Positions 53,216 to 64,000 are shown, numbered from the stretch's first letter. The stretch: 64,000 nucleotides of DNA from an uncultured Chloroflexia bacterium (GCA_963806695.1 CAWDYT010000003.1:13253-77252); one strand, 5' to 3'. Notes: a model not told the origin generated them from the letters alone. Made by a program: numbers and translations.

Positions 53216-54330
53216 AGGTCCTCACCGTCGTCGGGGCACGGCCGCAGTTCGTCAAGGCGGCCCCGGTGAGCCGTGTCCTGCGCGAGCGGCACAGCGAGGT
53301 CATGGTGCACACCGGCCAGCACTACGACCCGGCGATGAGCTCCGCCTTCTTCCACGAGCTCGAGATCCCCGAGCCGGACGTGAACCTCGAGGTGGGCAGC
53401 GGGACGCACGGCGCGATGACTGGCGAGATGATCCGGCGCCTCGAGCCCGTGGCGATCGAGCACGAGCCGGACGGCGTCCTGGTGTACGGCGACACGAACT
53501 CCACCCTGGCTGGCGCCGTGGTCGCCAGCAAGCTCGCCTTTCAGCACGGACGGCGGCCGTGGCTCGCGCACGTGGAGGCCGGGCTGCGCTCGTTCAACCG
53601 GCGCATGCCGGAGGAGCGCAATCGCGTGGTCGCCGACCACCTCGCGGACCTCCTGCTGGCGCCGACCGCGACAGCGGTCGCGAACCTGGAGCGCGAGGGG
53701 TTGGCCGCTCGGGTCGAGCTGGTGGGCGATGTCATGGTCGACGCGCATGCGTGGGCGTCCGCGCGCGCCGCCGCGCACCTGCCCGCGATCGCCGCATCGC
53801 ACGAGCGATACGTGCTGCTCACCCTGCACCGCGCCGAGAATGTCGACGACCCCGGACGATTCGCTCGCATCCTGGCCGGGCTCGACGTCGGCATCCCGGT
53901 CGTGTTTCCCGTGCATCCGCGCACGCGGGTCGTTCTCGAGCGCGGCGTGCACGGGCTGCCGTCCAACGTGCACGCCATCGATCCGGTCGGCTTCCTCGAG
54001 ATGGTTGCGCTCGAGTCGCACGCGCTCGCGATCGCGACCGACTCCGGTGGCGTGCAGAAGGAGGCCTACCTGGCCGGGGTGCCCTGCGTCACTCTGCGGT
54101 CGGAGACCGAGTGGGTCGAGACCGTGGAGGCGGGCTGGAACCGGGTGGTCGACGACGACCCCGCCGCGCTGCGGGCAGCGCTCGACGACGAGACGTTCAT
54201 GCTCCGCGACCGTCAACGGCCACTGCTGTACGGTGATGGGCGCACGGCCGAGCGCATCGTGGCCGCACTCGAACGACAGCAGGCGGTGGTGGGCGCTCCG
54301 GCCGCGGCAGAGGAGGCAGCGGCGACGTGA
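53212..54330 (+). CDS. wecB: UDP-N-acetylglucosamine 2-epimerase (non-hydrolysing; WecB/WbpI-like)
   Basis: Motifs include [39 protein letters not shown], and [16 protein letters not shown]. Confidence 0.9.
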   Translation: MKVLTVVGARPQFVKAAPVSRVLRERHSEVMVHTGQHYDPAMSSAFFHELEIPEPDVNLEVGSGTHGAMTGEMIRRLEPVAIEHEPDGVLVYGDTNSTLAGAVVASKLAFQHGRRPWLAHVEAGLRSFNRRMPEERNRVVADHLADLLLAPTATAVANLEREGLAARVELVGDVMVDAHAWASARAAAHLPAIAASHERYVLLTLHRAENVDDPGRFARILAGLDVGIPVVFPVHPRTRVVLERGVHGLPSNVHAIDPVGFLEMVALESHALAIATDSGGVQKEAYLAGVPCVTLRSETEWVETVEAGWNRVVDDDPAALRAALDDETFMLRDRQRPLLYGDGRTAERIVAALERQQAVVGAPAAAEEAAAT

Positions 54331-55434
54331 TCCCCATCGCCCGCCCGCAGATGGGCGACGAGGAGAAGGAACGAGTCTGGGAGGCGATGGCCTCCGGATC
54401 CCTCGCGCAGGGGCCGAGGGTCGCTGAGCTCGAGGAGCGATTCGCGGACTTCGTCGGGGTCGCGCATGCGGTCGCCACGAGCTCCGGCACCACCGCGCTG
54501 CACCTGGCTCTGCTCGGGCACGGCCTCGCGTCGGGCGACGAGGTGATCACCGTCCCGTTCACGTTCATCGCGAGCGCCAACAGCATCGTCTACACCGGGG
54601 CGCGTCCGGTCTTCGTCGACGTGGACGGAGCGGGACTTCACGATCGATGTCAGCCAGGTCGAGGCGGCGATCACGCCGCGGACCCGCGCCATCCTGCCGG
54701 TCAGCCTCTACGGCCAGCCGGCCGACCTGCCGGCGCTCGCCGAGATCGCGGAGCGACGCGGCATCGCGATCGTGGAGGACGCCGCGCAGGCGCACGGCGC
54801 CGCGATCGGGGAACGGCGCAGCGGCACGTGGGGCGCGGGCACATTCAGCTTCTACCCGACCAAGAACATGACCACCGGCGAGGGCGGCATGATCACCACC
54901 GACGACGCCGAGCTGGCCGGACGCGTCCGGCTGCTGCGCGAGCACGGGATGCACGTCCGCTACCACCATGACGTCATCGGCTACAACTTCCGCATGACCG
55001 ATCTCGCCGCGGCCATCGGCCTGGCCCAGCTGCCGAAGCTGCCCGGCTTCAACGATCGGCGACGCGCGACCGCGGCTCGATACGACGCCGAGCTGCAGGG
55101 TGTCCTCACGCCCGACGTGCGTCCGGGCGTCACCCACGTCTACCACCAGTACACGATCCGGGTGCGCGAGCGCGACGCCTTCGCCGATCGGCTGCGCGAG
55201 CGAGGCGTGGGGAGCGCCGTCTACTACCCGATCCCGGTCCACCGGCAGAAGCCGTTCCTCGCGCTCGGCTACGGCGAGGAGCGATACCCGGTGACGGACC
55301 GGCTCACCGCGCAGGTGCTCAGCATCCCGGTCCATCCGTCGCTGACCGATGATGAGGTGGCGACGGTCATCGGCGCGGTGAACGAGACGGCCGCCGAGCT
55401 CGGATCGCTCGAGCGCCAGGTGGCTCGCCCGTGA
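54327..55434 (+). CDS. DegT/DnrJ/EryC1/StrS family PLP-dependent sugar aminotransferase (WbpE-like), with a 1-bp insertion frameshift near 54636
   Basis: The N-terminus is [29 protein letters not shown]. Further motifs are [12 protein letters not shown] and [15 protein letters not shown]. After the shift the frame continues with [16 protein letters not shown]...[21 protein letters not shown] (Lys in YPTKN). Confidence 0.85.
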
Positions 55435-56474
55435 GCGACTCGCGCCCGCTGCGCGCGGGCGTCGTGGGGCTCGGCATGATGGGCCGGAACCACGTCCGGG
55501 TCTGGGACGAGGCGGTCGATGGCGTCGAGCTGGTCGCCGTCGCGGATCCCGACTCCGCGGCCGTCGACACGGCCACGGCCGGACGGCGTGCCCGCGGCTT
55601 CGAGGACGCGGAGCGGATGCTGGCCGAGGAGGAGCTCGACCTCGTCAGCATCGTGGCGCCGACCAGCCTCCATCTGCCGGTCACGGTGGCCGCTCTCCGC
55701 GCGGGCGCCCACGTCCTCGTCGAGAAGCCGATCGCCGCAACCCGCGACGAGGCGCTCGAGATGATGGCCGCCGCCGAGTCGGCGGGACGGATGCTGACCG
55801 TCGGCCACATCGAACGCTTCAACCCGGCCATCCGTGAGCTTCGCCGCCGCCTGGCCGATGGCGAGCTCGGTCGCATCTTCCAGGTGAAGGCAACGCGGCT
55901 CGGACCGTTCCCGGCCCGGATCCGGGATGTCGGGGTCGTGGTCGACCTCGCGCCGCACGATCTCGACGTCATGCGCTACCTGGTCGGCGCCGAGCCCATC
56001 CGCCTGTACGCCGAAACCGAGCGTCGAATCCACACCGAGCACGAGGACCTGTTCAACGGGATCGTCAAGTTCGCCAACGGCGTCGTCGGCGTGCTCGACA
56101 TCAACTGGCTGACGCCGACGAAGCGGCGGACGCTGACCGTGACCGGAGAGCGCGGCATGTTCCTGGCCGACTACATCGCCCAGGACCTCGTCCTGTTCTC
56201 GAACCCCGAAGCGGCCGAGACCTGGGTCAATCCAGGCTCCGGAGCTCGCATCACATCGGTCGCCGAGGGAGAGATGACTCGCTTCTCGATCCGACGCCGC
56301 GAGCCGCTGGTGGTGGAGCTCGAGGAGTTCGCGCGGGCCGTCCGCGACGGAGGCCCGCCGCCGGTCGCTCCCCTTGACGCCATGATCGCGCTCCAGCTCG
56401 CGCGCACGATGGTTGAATCGGCCCAGACGGGCCGGGTCATCGACGGTCCGGCGCTGGAGCAGGTGATGCGGTGA
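55431..56474 (+). CDS. Gfo/Idh/MocA family oxidoreductase (WbpB-like UDP-sugar 3-dehydrogenase candidate)
   Basis: Motifs are LRAGVVGLGMMGRNHVRVW, HVLVEKPIA, and TVGHIERFNP. The gene is intact. GTGA overlaps occur at both ends. Confidence 0.85.
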   Translation: MSDSRPLRAGVVGLGMMGRNHVRVWDEAVDGVELVAVADPDSAAVDTATAGRRARGFEDAERMLAEEELDLVSIVAPTSLHLPVTVAALRAGAHVLVEKPIAATRDEALEMMAAAESAGRMLTVGHIERFNPAIRELRRRLADGELGRIFQVKATRLGPFPARIRDVGVVVDLAPHDLDVMRYLVGAEPIRLYAETERRIHTEHEDLFNGIVKFANGVVGVLDINWLTPTKRRTLTVTGERGMFLADYIAQDLVLFSNPEAAETWVNPGSGARITSVAEGEMTRFSIRRREPLVVELEEFARAVRDGGPPPVAPLDAMIALQLARTMVESAQTGRVIDGPALEQVMR

Positions 56475-57746
56475 GGGTCGCGGTCGTGGGGCTGGGTCAC
56501 ATCGGGCTGCCCCTGGCGGTCCAGTACGGCTCGCGCGGACACGACGTGCTCGGCATCGACCTCGACCAGCGCATCGTCGATGCGATCAACCGCGGCGAGT
56601 CCCCGCACCTCGACGAGCAGGCTCTCATCGATCGCGTCCCGCAGCTTCAGCAGGCGGGCCGCCTGCGGGCGGCGTCGTGGGAGGAAGCGGACCTGCGTGA
56701 CCGTGACGTGGTGGTGATCATCGTGCCGGTCGTCGTCGACGCCGAGCGCCAGGTCGACTTCGCGCCGATCGACGCCGCGACGCGCGACATCGCCCACCGC
56801 ATCGGTCCGGGGACGCTGGTCGTGTACGAGACGACGCTGCCGGTGGGGACGACGCGGAACCGCTTCGCACCGATGCTGACCGAGGGCTCCGGCCTCGAGC
56901 TCGACCGCGACCTGTTCCTGGCCTTCAGCCCGGAGCGGGTCCTCGTCGGTCGCGTGTTCCTCGACCTGGCGCGCTACCCGAAGATCGTGGGCGGGCACCA
57001 GCGACGAGAGCACGCGTCGAGCGGTCGAGTTCTATCGGTCGGCCCTCGACGATGGCACCGAGGTGTGGGCCGTGGCGAGCGCCGAGGCGGCCGAGATGAC
57101 CAAGCTGGCGGAGACGACCTACCGCGACGTGAACATCGCGTACGCCAACGAGCTGGCCCGCTTTGCCGACCGCCACGGGATCGACGTGACCGAGGTCATC
57201 GGCGCGGCCAACTCGCAGCCGTTCAGCCACATCCACCAGCCTGGCGTGGGCGTCGGCGGCCACTGCATCCCGGTGTACCCGCACTTCCTGTTCAACGACG
57301 ACCCCGAGCTGCGCATCCCGCCGCTCGCGCGCGAGATCAACGAGTCGATGGGCGCCTTCACCGTCGACGCGGTCGAGGACCGCATCGGCTCCCTCGACGC
57401 CCAGCCGGTCCTCGTCCTTGGCGTGGCGTACCGGGGCGACGTGCGCGAGGATGCCTTCTCCTCCGCGTTCCGTCTCCGGGATGAGCTGCGGGCCGCCGGC
57501 GCGCGGGTCTACGCCCACGACCCGTACTTCGACGACGAGCACCTCGTCGAGCTCGGGTTCGAGCCGTACGACCTCGACGCCCCCGCGCCGGTTCGCGTCG
57601 CCATCCTGCAGGCCGCGCACGGCGCCTACACCGATCTGGATCCGGGCCGGCTGCCGGCGCTCGAGCTGTTCGTGGACGGGCGCAACGCCCTGGAGCGCGC
57701 GCCGTTCGAGGCCGCCGGCGTCCGATATGTCGGCATCGGGCGCTGA
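56471..57746 (+). CDS. UDP-glucose/GDP-mannose dehydrogenase family enzyme (WbpA/WecC-like UDP-N-acetyl-hexosamine 6-dehydrogenase), with a 1-bp insertion frameshift near 56994
   Basis: Motifs include MRVAVVGLGHIGLPLA and catalytic GGHCIPVYP. At the frameshift, the expected KIVGGTSDESTRRAVEFY reads ggcggGcacc, an extra base in a G-run. Confidence 0.85.
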
Positions 57747-58515
57747 CGCGGAGGGCCCCGTCCCGCTGGTCGGCCTTGCGGCCGGCCGCGGAGCGTGGGT
57801 CGTCCTGCCCACCTACAACGAGCGCGAGAACCTCGAGGGCATCGTCGCGGCCATCCTGGCCGCCGTGCCGGAGGCGTCACTGCTCGTCGTCGACGATGCG
57901 TCACCGGACGGAACGGGAGTGATCGCCGACACGCTCGCCGCTCGCGACCCGCGCGTGTCGGTCCTGCACCGCTCCGGAAAGGAGGGCCTGGGCGTCGCCT
58001 ACCGCGACGGGTTCCGATGGGTGCTCGACCGGCCGGACACTCGGGCCGTGGTCCAGATGGACGCGGACTTCAGTCACGACCCGGCCGACCTGCCGCGCCT
58101 GCTCGCCCCGCTGATGCGGAACGCGGACCTCGTGCTCGGCACGCGCTACATGCGCGGCGGGGGAACGATCGGCTGGCCCTGGTACCGGAAGCTGATCAGC
58201 CGTGGCGGCACGTTGTTCGCCCGCATCGTCCTGCTCCTGCCGTACCGCGACCTGACCGGCGGCTTCAAGGCGTGGCGCCGGGAGCTGCTCGAGGCGGTCC
58301 GCCTGCGCGAGACGTCCGGGTCGGGCTACGGTTTCCAGGTCGAGACCACGTGGTGGGCGCACAGGCGCGGGGCCGTCGTGCGCGAGGTGCCGATCGTGTT
58401 CCGGGAGCGCGTTGCCGGCGCATCGAAGATGACCGGCGGCATCGTGCGCGAGGCCATGCTGCTGGTCGTCGGGCTGCGGATTCGGGCGATCCGCGACGCG
58501 CTGCGGCGCCGCTGA
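57727..58515 (+). CDS. GT2 polyprenol-phosphate hexosyltransferase (dolichol-phosphate mannose synthase-like)
   Basis: Motifs are VVLPTYNERENL, LVVDDASPDGT, and QMDADFSHDP. The ATG at 57727 lies in the frame of the ORF-track entry 57418..58515. Confidence 0.8.
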   Translation: MSASGADAEGPVPLVGLAAGRGAWVVLPTYNERENLEGIVAAILAAVPEASLLVVDDASPDGTGVIADTLAARDPRVSVLHRSGKEGLGVAYRDGFRWVLDRPDTRAVVQMDADFSHDPADLPRLLAPLMRNADLVLGTRYMRGGGTIGWPWYRKLISRGGTLFARIVLLLPYRDLTGGFKAWRRELLEAVRLRETSGSGYGFQVETTWWAHRRGAVVREVPIVFRERVAGASKMTGGIVREAMLLVVGLRIRAIRDALRRR

Positions 58516-58634
58516 CGTGCGGCGGGCCAGCCCGGCTTGCTGCGCAGCGGCGGAGCATCGGCTAGGATGGCGCCTCGCCCCGCCCGCGCCAGCCCAGGCT
58601 GCCACCCGAGCCGCCGCATGACCAGTGTGAGCCG

Positions 58635-60364
58635 ATGACGATCCGATCCCGACCGGTCCTCGACCGGAAGCACCGCCCTCGATGGCAGGACGAGCTGCGC
58701 ACCCAGCAGCTCATCGTCATCGGCTTCGCCATCGCCATCGCGGTTGCGTTGGGGATCTTCGGAGCGGCGGCATGGAACGCCTACTGGGAGGCCCACATGC
58801 GCCCGGTGGCTGCGGTGGAGGGCGAGTCCTTCACGCGCGGCGATCTCGACACGCGGGAGCGGATCCTCACCGCCGAGACGGTCGCGCAGGCCGGCGAGCT
58901 CAACGATCAGCTGGGTGGGCCGCGAGACCAGATCCTGCAGCAGCAGATCGACAGCCTCAGCCAGCGCCTGAACAGCATTCCGACCGAGTCGACCGACTCG
59001 CTGGTCGATGGCGCGGTACTCGGCTCCCGCGCCGACGAGTTCGGGCTGACGGTGAGCGACGAGCAGATCGACGCGGAGATTGCGGAGCGCCTGACGCTTC
59101 CCGAGCGGATCCGCGCGCGCCTCGTGCTGATCTCGTCCCTGCCCGCCGACGCGGAGCCAGATGCTGAGCCGACCGAGGAGCAGCTGGCTGCCGCGCGTGA
59201 CGAGGCGGACGCGGCTCTCGAGCGGATCGAGGGCGGCGAGGACTTCGCCACCGTCGCGACCGAGGTCAGCGACGACTTCACCGCATCGACCGGCGGCGAG
59301 CTCGGCTGGTTCGAGGATGGCGACGTGGCCTACGACGCCTATTTCGACGCGCTGGCCGATGCGGAGGCCGGAGAGATCGTCGGCCCCGTCGAGACCGATC
59401 GCGGGTACGCCGTGCTCGAGCTCCAGGAGCGTCGGGAGGCGACCACCGAGGGTGGGCTCGACGACGTCCTGGCGGCGCAGGGAGTGAGCGACGAGGCGTA
59501 TCGCGACTACGTCGGCGAGCAGGTGCTGCTCGAGGGGTTCCGATCGCACTTCGGCGACGAGGTCGTCGTCTCCCCGGCGGCGCAGCAGCGCGTGGGTGAG
59601 ATCACGATCGCTCCATTGACCGGCGAGGCAGTCCCACAGGAACGCGCGCGCCACGTCCTCGTCCAGCCCGATCCGGAGGCCGAGAGCCAGGCCGATGCCA
59701 CCGACGAGCAGTGGGAGGCCGCTCGCATCGAGGCGACTGAGGTCGAGGAGCTCGTCCGGGCCGAGGACGCGGACTGGTTCGAGATCGCGGGGAGCACAGC
59801 GACGACACCGGATCGGGCAGCCGCGGAGGAGACCTCGGCTGGTACGACCCGGCCGCGTCACCGTACGTGGCCGAGTTTGCCGACGCGCTCGCCGAGCTGG
59901 AGGTCGGCGAGATCAGCGAGCCGATCCGGAGCGAGTTCGGTTGGCACGTCATTCAGAAGACAGGCGAACGAGAGAGCCCGCAGGCGCAGGCCGCCGAGCT
60001 CGTCGAGGCGCTGCGCGCCGATCCGGACTCGTTCGCGGAGACCGCCGCCATCATCAGCGAGAACTACGAGACGGCTGCCGAAGGTGGCGAGCTCGGTTGG
60101 GTGGCGCGCTATCAGCTCGACGCGATGCGGGAGGACGCGGTATTCGCGCTGGCCGAGGTCGGCGAGGTGAGCGAGCCGATCGAGGACACCGCCGGCATCA
60201 GCATCTACCAGCTGCTCGAGACGAGCGAGAGCCGCGAGATCGAAGAGGACCGGCTCGAGGAGATCCGCTCGTCGGGCTTCGAGCGCTGGCTGGACGACGA
60301 GGTGCGCAGCGGGGTCGACACCTGGATCGACTCACAGTTCACCCCGACCACCGACGCGGGCTGA
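58635..60364 (+). CDS. SurA/PrsA-like peptidyl-prolyl cis-trans isomerase with an N-terminal TM and two parvulin domains; 1-bp deletion frameshift near 59838
   Basis: The N-terminal membrane anchor is QLIVIGFAIAIAVALGIFGAAAW. Parvulin motifs are GGELGWFEDGD..YAVLE and SEFGWHVIQK / GGELGWVARYQ. After the shift the protein continues in the frame of 59867. Confidence 0.75.
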
Positions 60365-60368
60365 GCCG

Positions 60369-61476
60369 ATGACCGGCGCGACGCCGCGCCACCTGGACAC
60401 GCTGCTCGCGGCCGCCGGCCTCGACCCGGCCGACGGCGTGCAGATCGCCGCCAGCCATCGGATCGCCGCGCTCCCGTTCGACCCGTCGGCTCCCGTCCTC
60501 CTGCTGGGCGGCGAGGCCGCCACGGCCGAGCCGCTGCCGGGACGGCACGCCCGGCACGACACGATCGGCAGTGCTGCGCGCGCTCTATCCCGACGGCCAC
60601 GTGCTGCTGACCCTGCCCGAGCGGGAGCCGCATCGGCTGGCCGATCTCGACGAAGCGGGGCTTGCGAGCGCCAACTGGCTCATCCCACCGCTCGCGCCGG
60701 TCGACAACCTCGCCAGCCCTCACGGTATGGCCGCGATCAGCGCTCGGCTGCGCGCTCCCGACGGGTGCCCGTGGGACCGCAGGCAGACCCACCTCAGCCT
60801 GCGGCCGTACCTGCTGGAGGAGGCGTACGAGACGATCGACGCGATCGAACACGGCGCGCCCGGCGACCTCGCGGAGGAGCTCGGCGACCTCCTGCTCCAG
60901 GTGATCCTCCACGCTCAGTTCGCCGCCGAGGAGGGCACGTTCGACCTGACCGACGTGTACCGGTCGATCGCGGCAAAGATCGTCCGGCGCCATCCGCACG
61001 TGTTCGCCGGGCTGGACGTGGACGGCGAGCGCGAGGTCCTGGCCAACTGGGAGACGATCAAGGCCGGCGAGCGGGCACAGCGGGGCAAGGCCGAGGAGGG
61101 TGCCTTCGGCGGCGTGGCGCGCGCGCTGCCCGCGTTGCCGGCCAGCCGTGAGATCCAGGAGCGGGCCTCGTCGCTCGGCTGGGACTGGGATGCCATCGAG
61201 GGCGTCTGGGACAAGGTCGACGAGGAGCTCGGGGAGCTGCGAGCGGCGGACAGCGATGAGGACCGGCTGCACGAGGTCGGCGACGTGCTGTTCGCGCTCG
61301 TCAACCTGTCACGCTGGTTCCAGCTGGATCCGGAGGAGGCGCTGCGGACGGCGAACCATCGGTGGGTCGCTCGCTACCGTCGCGTCGAGGCGCTCGCCGC
61401 GGAGCGGGGAATCGATCTCGCGGCGCTCTCGCTCGCGGAGAAGGACGTGCTGTGGGACGAGGTCAAGGCGAGGTGA
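60369..61476 (+). CDS. mazG: MazG-family nucleoside triphosphate pyrophosphohydrolase with a short YabN-like N-terminal extension; frameshift near 60550
   Basis: The tandem MazG domain contains CPWDRRQTHLSLRPYLLEEAYE, EELGDLLLQVILHA, and EELGELRAADSDEDRLHEVGDVLFALVNLSRW. The N-terminal about 65 aa lie in the frame of 60369. Confidence 0.8.
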
Positions 61477-62685
61477 GCGCGCCGCCACGGCGGGTGGCGA
61501 TCGCAGTCCACGCCGTGTATCCAGGCGACCCGAGGGTTCGCCGCCAGAGCGACGCCCTCATCGAGGCCGGGTACGAGGTGGACATCATCTGCCTCCGCCA
61601 GCCCGGCGAATCCGCCGAGGAGTCCGACGGTGGGCGGCGTATCGTCCGCCTGCCGGTGAATCGCACGTTCGTCGGCTTCGCCGGCCATATGGCGGAGTAC
61701 GTCGCCTTCACTGCCATGGTCGCCTGGCGCCTCGCCCTCGAACAGCGGCGGCGACGCTATTCGCTGGTCCAGGTGGCCACCGTCCCGGACTTCCTCGCCT
61801 TCGCCGCCCTTCCGGAGAAGCTCGCCGGCGTGCCCCTGCTGCTCGACCTTCACGAGGACATGCCGGAGTTCTTCCGCGACCGCTTTCAGCACCGGATGCT
61901 CCGGCCGCTCCTTCCGCTGGTGTCGGGCACGGCCCGGTTGGCCGCCGCGATCCCCGACCATCTCATCACCGTCCACGAGCCTCTGCGAGAGCTTTCGATC
62001 CAACGAGGGGTCGCGCCGGAGCGCATCAGTGTCGTGATGAACAGCGCCGACACGCAGGCTCTTCGACGCCGAGGCATACGATCGCCGAGCGTTCATGGCC
62101 GATGGCGTCCTGCGGCTGGTGCACCACTCGAACTTCCAGCGCATCTACGGCCTCGACGTCGCGATCGAGGGACTATCGCGGCTGCGCGCGACCGTGCCAT
62201 GGCGGCTGGATGTCTATGGCGAGGGTCCATGGCAGGACGGGATCGAGGCGGCGATCGGTCGGACCGGCACCGCCGACCGGGTCACGCTCCACGGGCGGGT
62301 GGACATGGATGAGCTTCCGCAGCTGCTGGCCAACGCGGACATCGGTCTCGTCCCGTCGCTGGCGGAGCCCTACCTGGCCTATTCGCTGAGCACGAAGCTG
62401 CTGGAGTACGCGGCGATGGGTGTGCCGATCGTGGCGAGCAGCCTGGCCACGTTCCGCCACCACTTCACCGACGATGCGATCCGCTTCGTTCCCGGGGGCG
62501 ACCCGGATGCGCTCGCGCGCGCCGTCGAGGCGCTGGTGGACGACCCGGACGGCACCGTCCGGATGGGCCTCGAGGCGCAGCGCCAGGCGAGGGCCTACGA
62601 CTGGGAGGCGCAGAAGGACCGATATCTCGCGATCGTCGACCGCCTCGCCGGGTCACGGCGACGAGACGAACGGGACCGCACCTGA
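61473..62685 (+). CDS. GT4 family glycosyltransferase, with a frameshift near 62057
   Basis: The N-terminus RVAIAVHAVYPGDPRVRRQSDAL (frame of 61362) joins the C-terminal GT4 core LRLVHHSNFQRIYGLD...EPYLAYSLSTKLLEYAAMGVPIV (frame of 62095). The GTG start overlaps the mazG stop. Confidence 0.75.
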
Positions 62686-62817
62686 CCCCATCAGAGCCAT
62701 CGGGTACGCGGGACTTTTGCGGCATAGGCGCGTTCGAGGGTCATCGATAGCATCGGGGCACGGTCGGGACATGCCCTGCCCGCCGATCCGATCGTCACCC
62801 CACGAGGACCCCGCCTG

Positions 62818-64000
62818 TTGCCGCATCGCCGCACCGCATCTCTGCTGAGCGCTCTCACCCTCGCCGTCTCGCTGCTGCTCCCCCTCGGCACCCCGGTGGC
62901 CGCCGCCGGCGAGAAGGTCGTCATCATCGTCGGACCGGTCGGCCCCCTCACCGACTCGTACCGATCGAAGGCGAATACGGTCGCCGCAGCGGCCACCGCC
63001 GCCGGGGCCACCGTCGTCAAGGTCTACTCGCCGAACGCGACGTGGACGAACGTCAAGACGGCGGTGAATGACGCCGACGTGATCGTGTACTTCGGACACG
63101 GCAACGGGTACCCCAATCCCTACGGCAGCAACGAGCTCACCGACCGATCGAACGGATGGGGCCTCAACACCAAGACCACGAACGGGGACAAGGACAGCTG
63201 GTCGGAGGGAACGCTCGTCTACTGCGGCGAGCGAGCGCTCCTCGGCACGCTCACCTCCGCCGACGACACCGCGCGGAAGACGTACTGCGGCGGCACGAGC
63301 AACGACGGCATCAGCCCGGCGCCGAACTTCACGATGATCTATGCCCAGGCGCACTACGCCCCCGGCTTCGGCGAGCGCTACGTCGAGTCCACGCCGCTGA
63401 CCACCCTCACCCAGGCCCAGCAGCGCGTGCGGCACTACTCCACGCCCATCCTGAAGCTGGGTGGCACGTACATCGCGACCGCCTACAGCGACGCTGACCA
63501 GATCGCGTCGCGCGTGCTGACGCAGCCGAACCGGGCCTATGCCGACATCTTCGCCGCCGGGAAGGGATGGAGCCCGTCCACGGCTGTGTCGATGGCCCAC
63601 CCTGACATCTCGGGCAGCCAGGTCTGGGTTCAGCGGACGGTCATCAGCGGATTCCACTTCAGCCAACCCGACTACTGGTACGCCTTCGCCGGACGACCGT
63701 CGCGCACGCCGGACGGCGGCAGCGCGACGCCCGCTGTATCGACTCCTCCGACCACCCCGCCCGCGAGCTCGGCCGACGTCGAGCGCCTGGCCGGCGCCGA
63801 CCGCTTCGCGACCGCGGCCGCCGTCAGCGCAGCCAGCTACCGGCCGGGCGTCCCGGTGGCGTACGTCGCGATCGGATCGAACTTCCCAGACGCCCTGGCC
63901 GCGGGTGCGGCCGCGGTCCGTCGCGGCGGCCCGGTCCTGCTGGTGAACGCCTCCAACGTCCCCGGAGCGACGGCGACCGAGCTGCGTCGACTCGACCCTG
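62818..64000 (+). CDS. Secreted protein with C-terminal CWB2-type cell-wall-binding repeats (3' end outside window); not in the ORF track because it starts at TTG
   Basis: Manual translation of frame 2 from TTG 62818 gives a signal peptide (LPHRRTASLLSALTLAVSLLLPLGTPVAAAG). A domain of unknown function follows (KVVIIVGPVGPLTDSYRSKANTV...VIVYFGHGNGYPNPYG). A Pro/Thr linker precedes CWB2-like repeats (ERLAGADRFATAAAVSAASYRPGVPVAYVAIGSNFPDALAAGAAAVRRGGPVLLVNASNVPGATATELRRL). The frame is open to position 64000. Confidence 0.65.
   Translation, partial: MPHRRTASLLSALTLAVSLLLPLGTPVAAAGEKVVIIVGPVGPLTDSYRSKANTVAAAATAAGATVVKVYSPNATWTNVKTAVNDADVIVYFGHGNGYPNPYGSNELTDRSNGWGLNTKTTNGDKDSWSEGTLVYCGERALLGTLTSADDTARKTYCGGTSNDGISPAPNFTMIYAQAHYAPGFGERYVESTPLTTLTQAQQRVRHYSTPILKLGGTYIATAYSDADQIASRVLTQPNRAYADIFAAGKGWSPSTAVSMAHPDISGSQVWVQRTVISGFHFSQPDYWYAFAGRPSRTPDGGSATPAVSTPPTTPPASSADVERLAGADRFATAAAVSAASYRPGVPVAYVAIGSNFPDALAAGAAAVRRGGPVLLVNASNVPGATATELRRLDP

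Noticed and set aside
62653-63666. 337-aa minus-strand ORF
   Set aside because: Antisense to a convincing TTG-initiated secreted CWB2-repeat protein. Its own translation is low-complexity.

Overview
High-GC (about 70%) bacterial chromosomal window, with gene content that looks actinobacterial or from a similar high-GC Gram-positive-type lineage. It is mostly core metabolism and cell-envelope genes, with no transposases, integrases, CRISPR arrays, tRNAs or rRNAs.

Main blocks, in order:
- purL (3' end) / purF-purM-purN.
- A membrane zinc-ribbon protein plus CPBP protease, a RadC-like JAB protein, and a PQQ-type sugar dehydrogenase lipoprotein.
- A large alpha-glucan block: glgE-treS-GNAT-pep2, a gluconolactonase, glgX-malQ, and convergent glgB.
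- Membrane and lipid genes: AI-2E transporters, an MBL hydrolase, an alkaline-phosphatase-family protein, a PLD/cardiolipin-synthase-like protein, an SPFH protein, and a DUF4203-like protein.
- A small duplicated module of conserved small proteins with SHOCT partners, next to a LuxR-type response regulator and an ECF sigma factor whose long C-terminal extension carries a PAS-like domain.
- mreB-mreC.
- An aldose epimerase, an M24-like peptidase, a CRTAC1/ASPIC-like protein, and a Gfo/Idh/MocA oxidoreductase.
- A ROK-regulated xylose locus: xylFGH-like ABC transporter, xylB, xylA.
- A translationally coupled five-gene cassette for UDP-2,3-diacetamido-2,3-dideoxy-mannuronic acid (WbpD/I/E/B/A homologues) plus GT2 and GT4 glycosyltransferases.
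- A SurA-like PPIase, MazG, and a TTG-initiated secreted protein with CWB2 cell-wall-binding repeats running off the window end.

Two points dominate interpretation:
- Many otherwise conserved genes carry single-base frameshifts, usually in G/C homopolymers, consistent with indel sequencing errors.
- The xylose locus (about 46.0-51.1 kb) and a few other genes have a much higher frameshift density.

The most notable non-coding signals are a 23-bp near-perfect tandem repeat upstream of xylA and a 26-bp perfect AT-rich palindrome between mreB and mreC.

I see no single clear-cut novel system. The best candidates are the ECF-sigma/PAS extension with its adjacent orphan response regulator, the duplicated small-protein/SHOCT module, and the ManNAc3NAcA cassette next to a CWB2-repeat protein.
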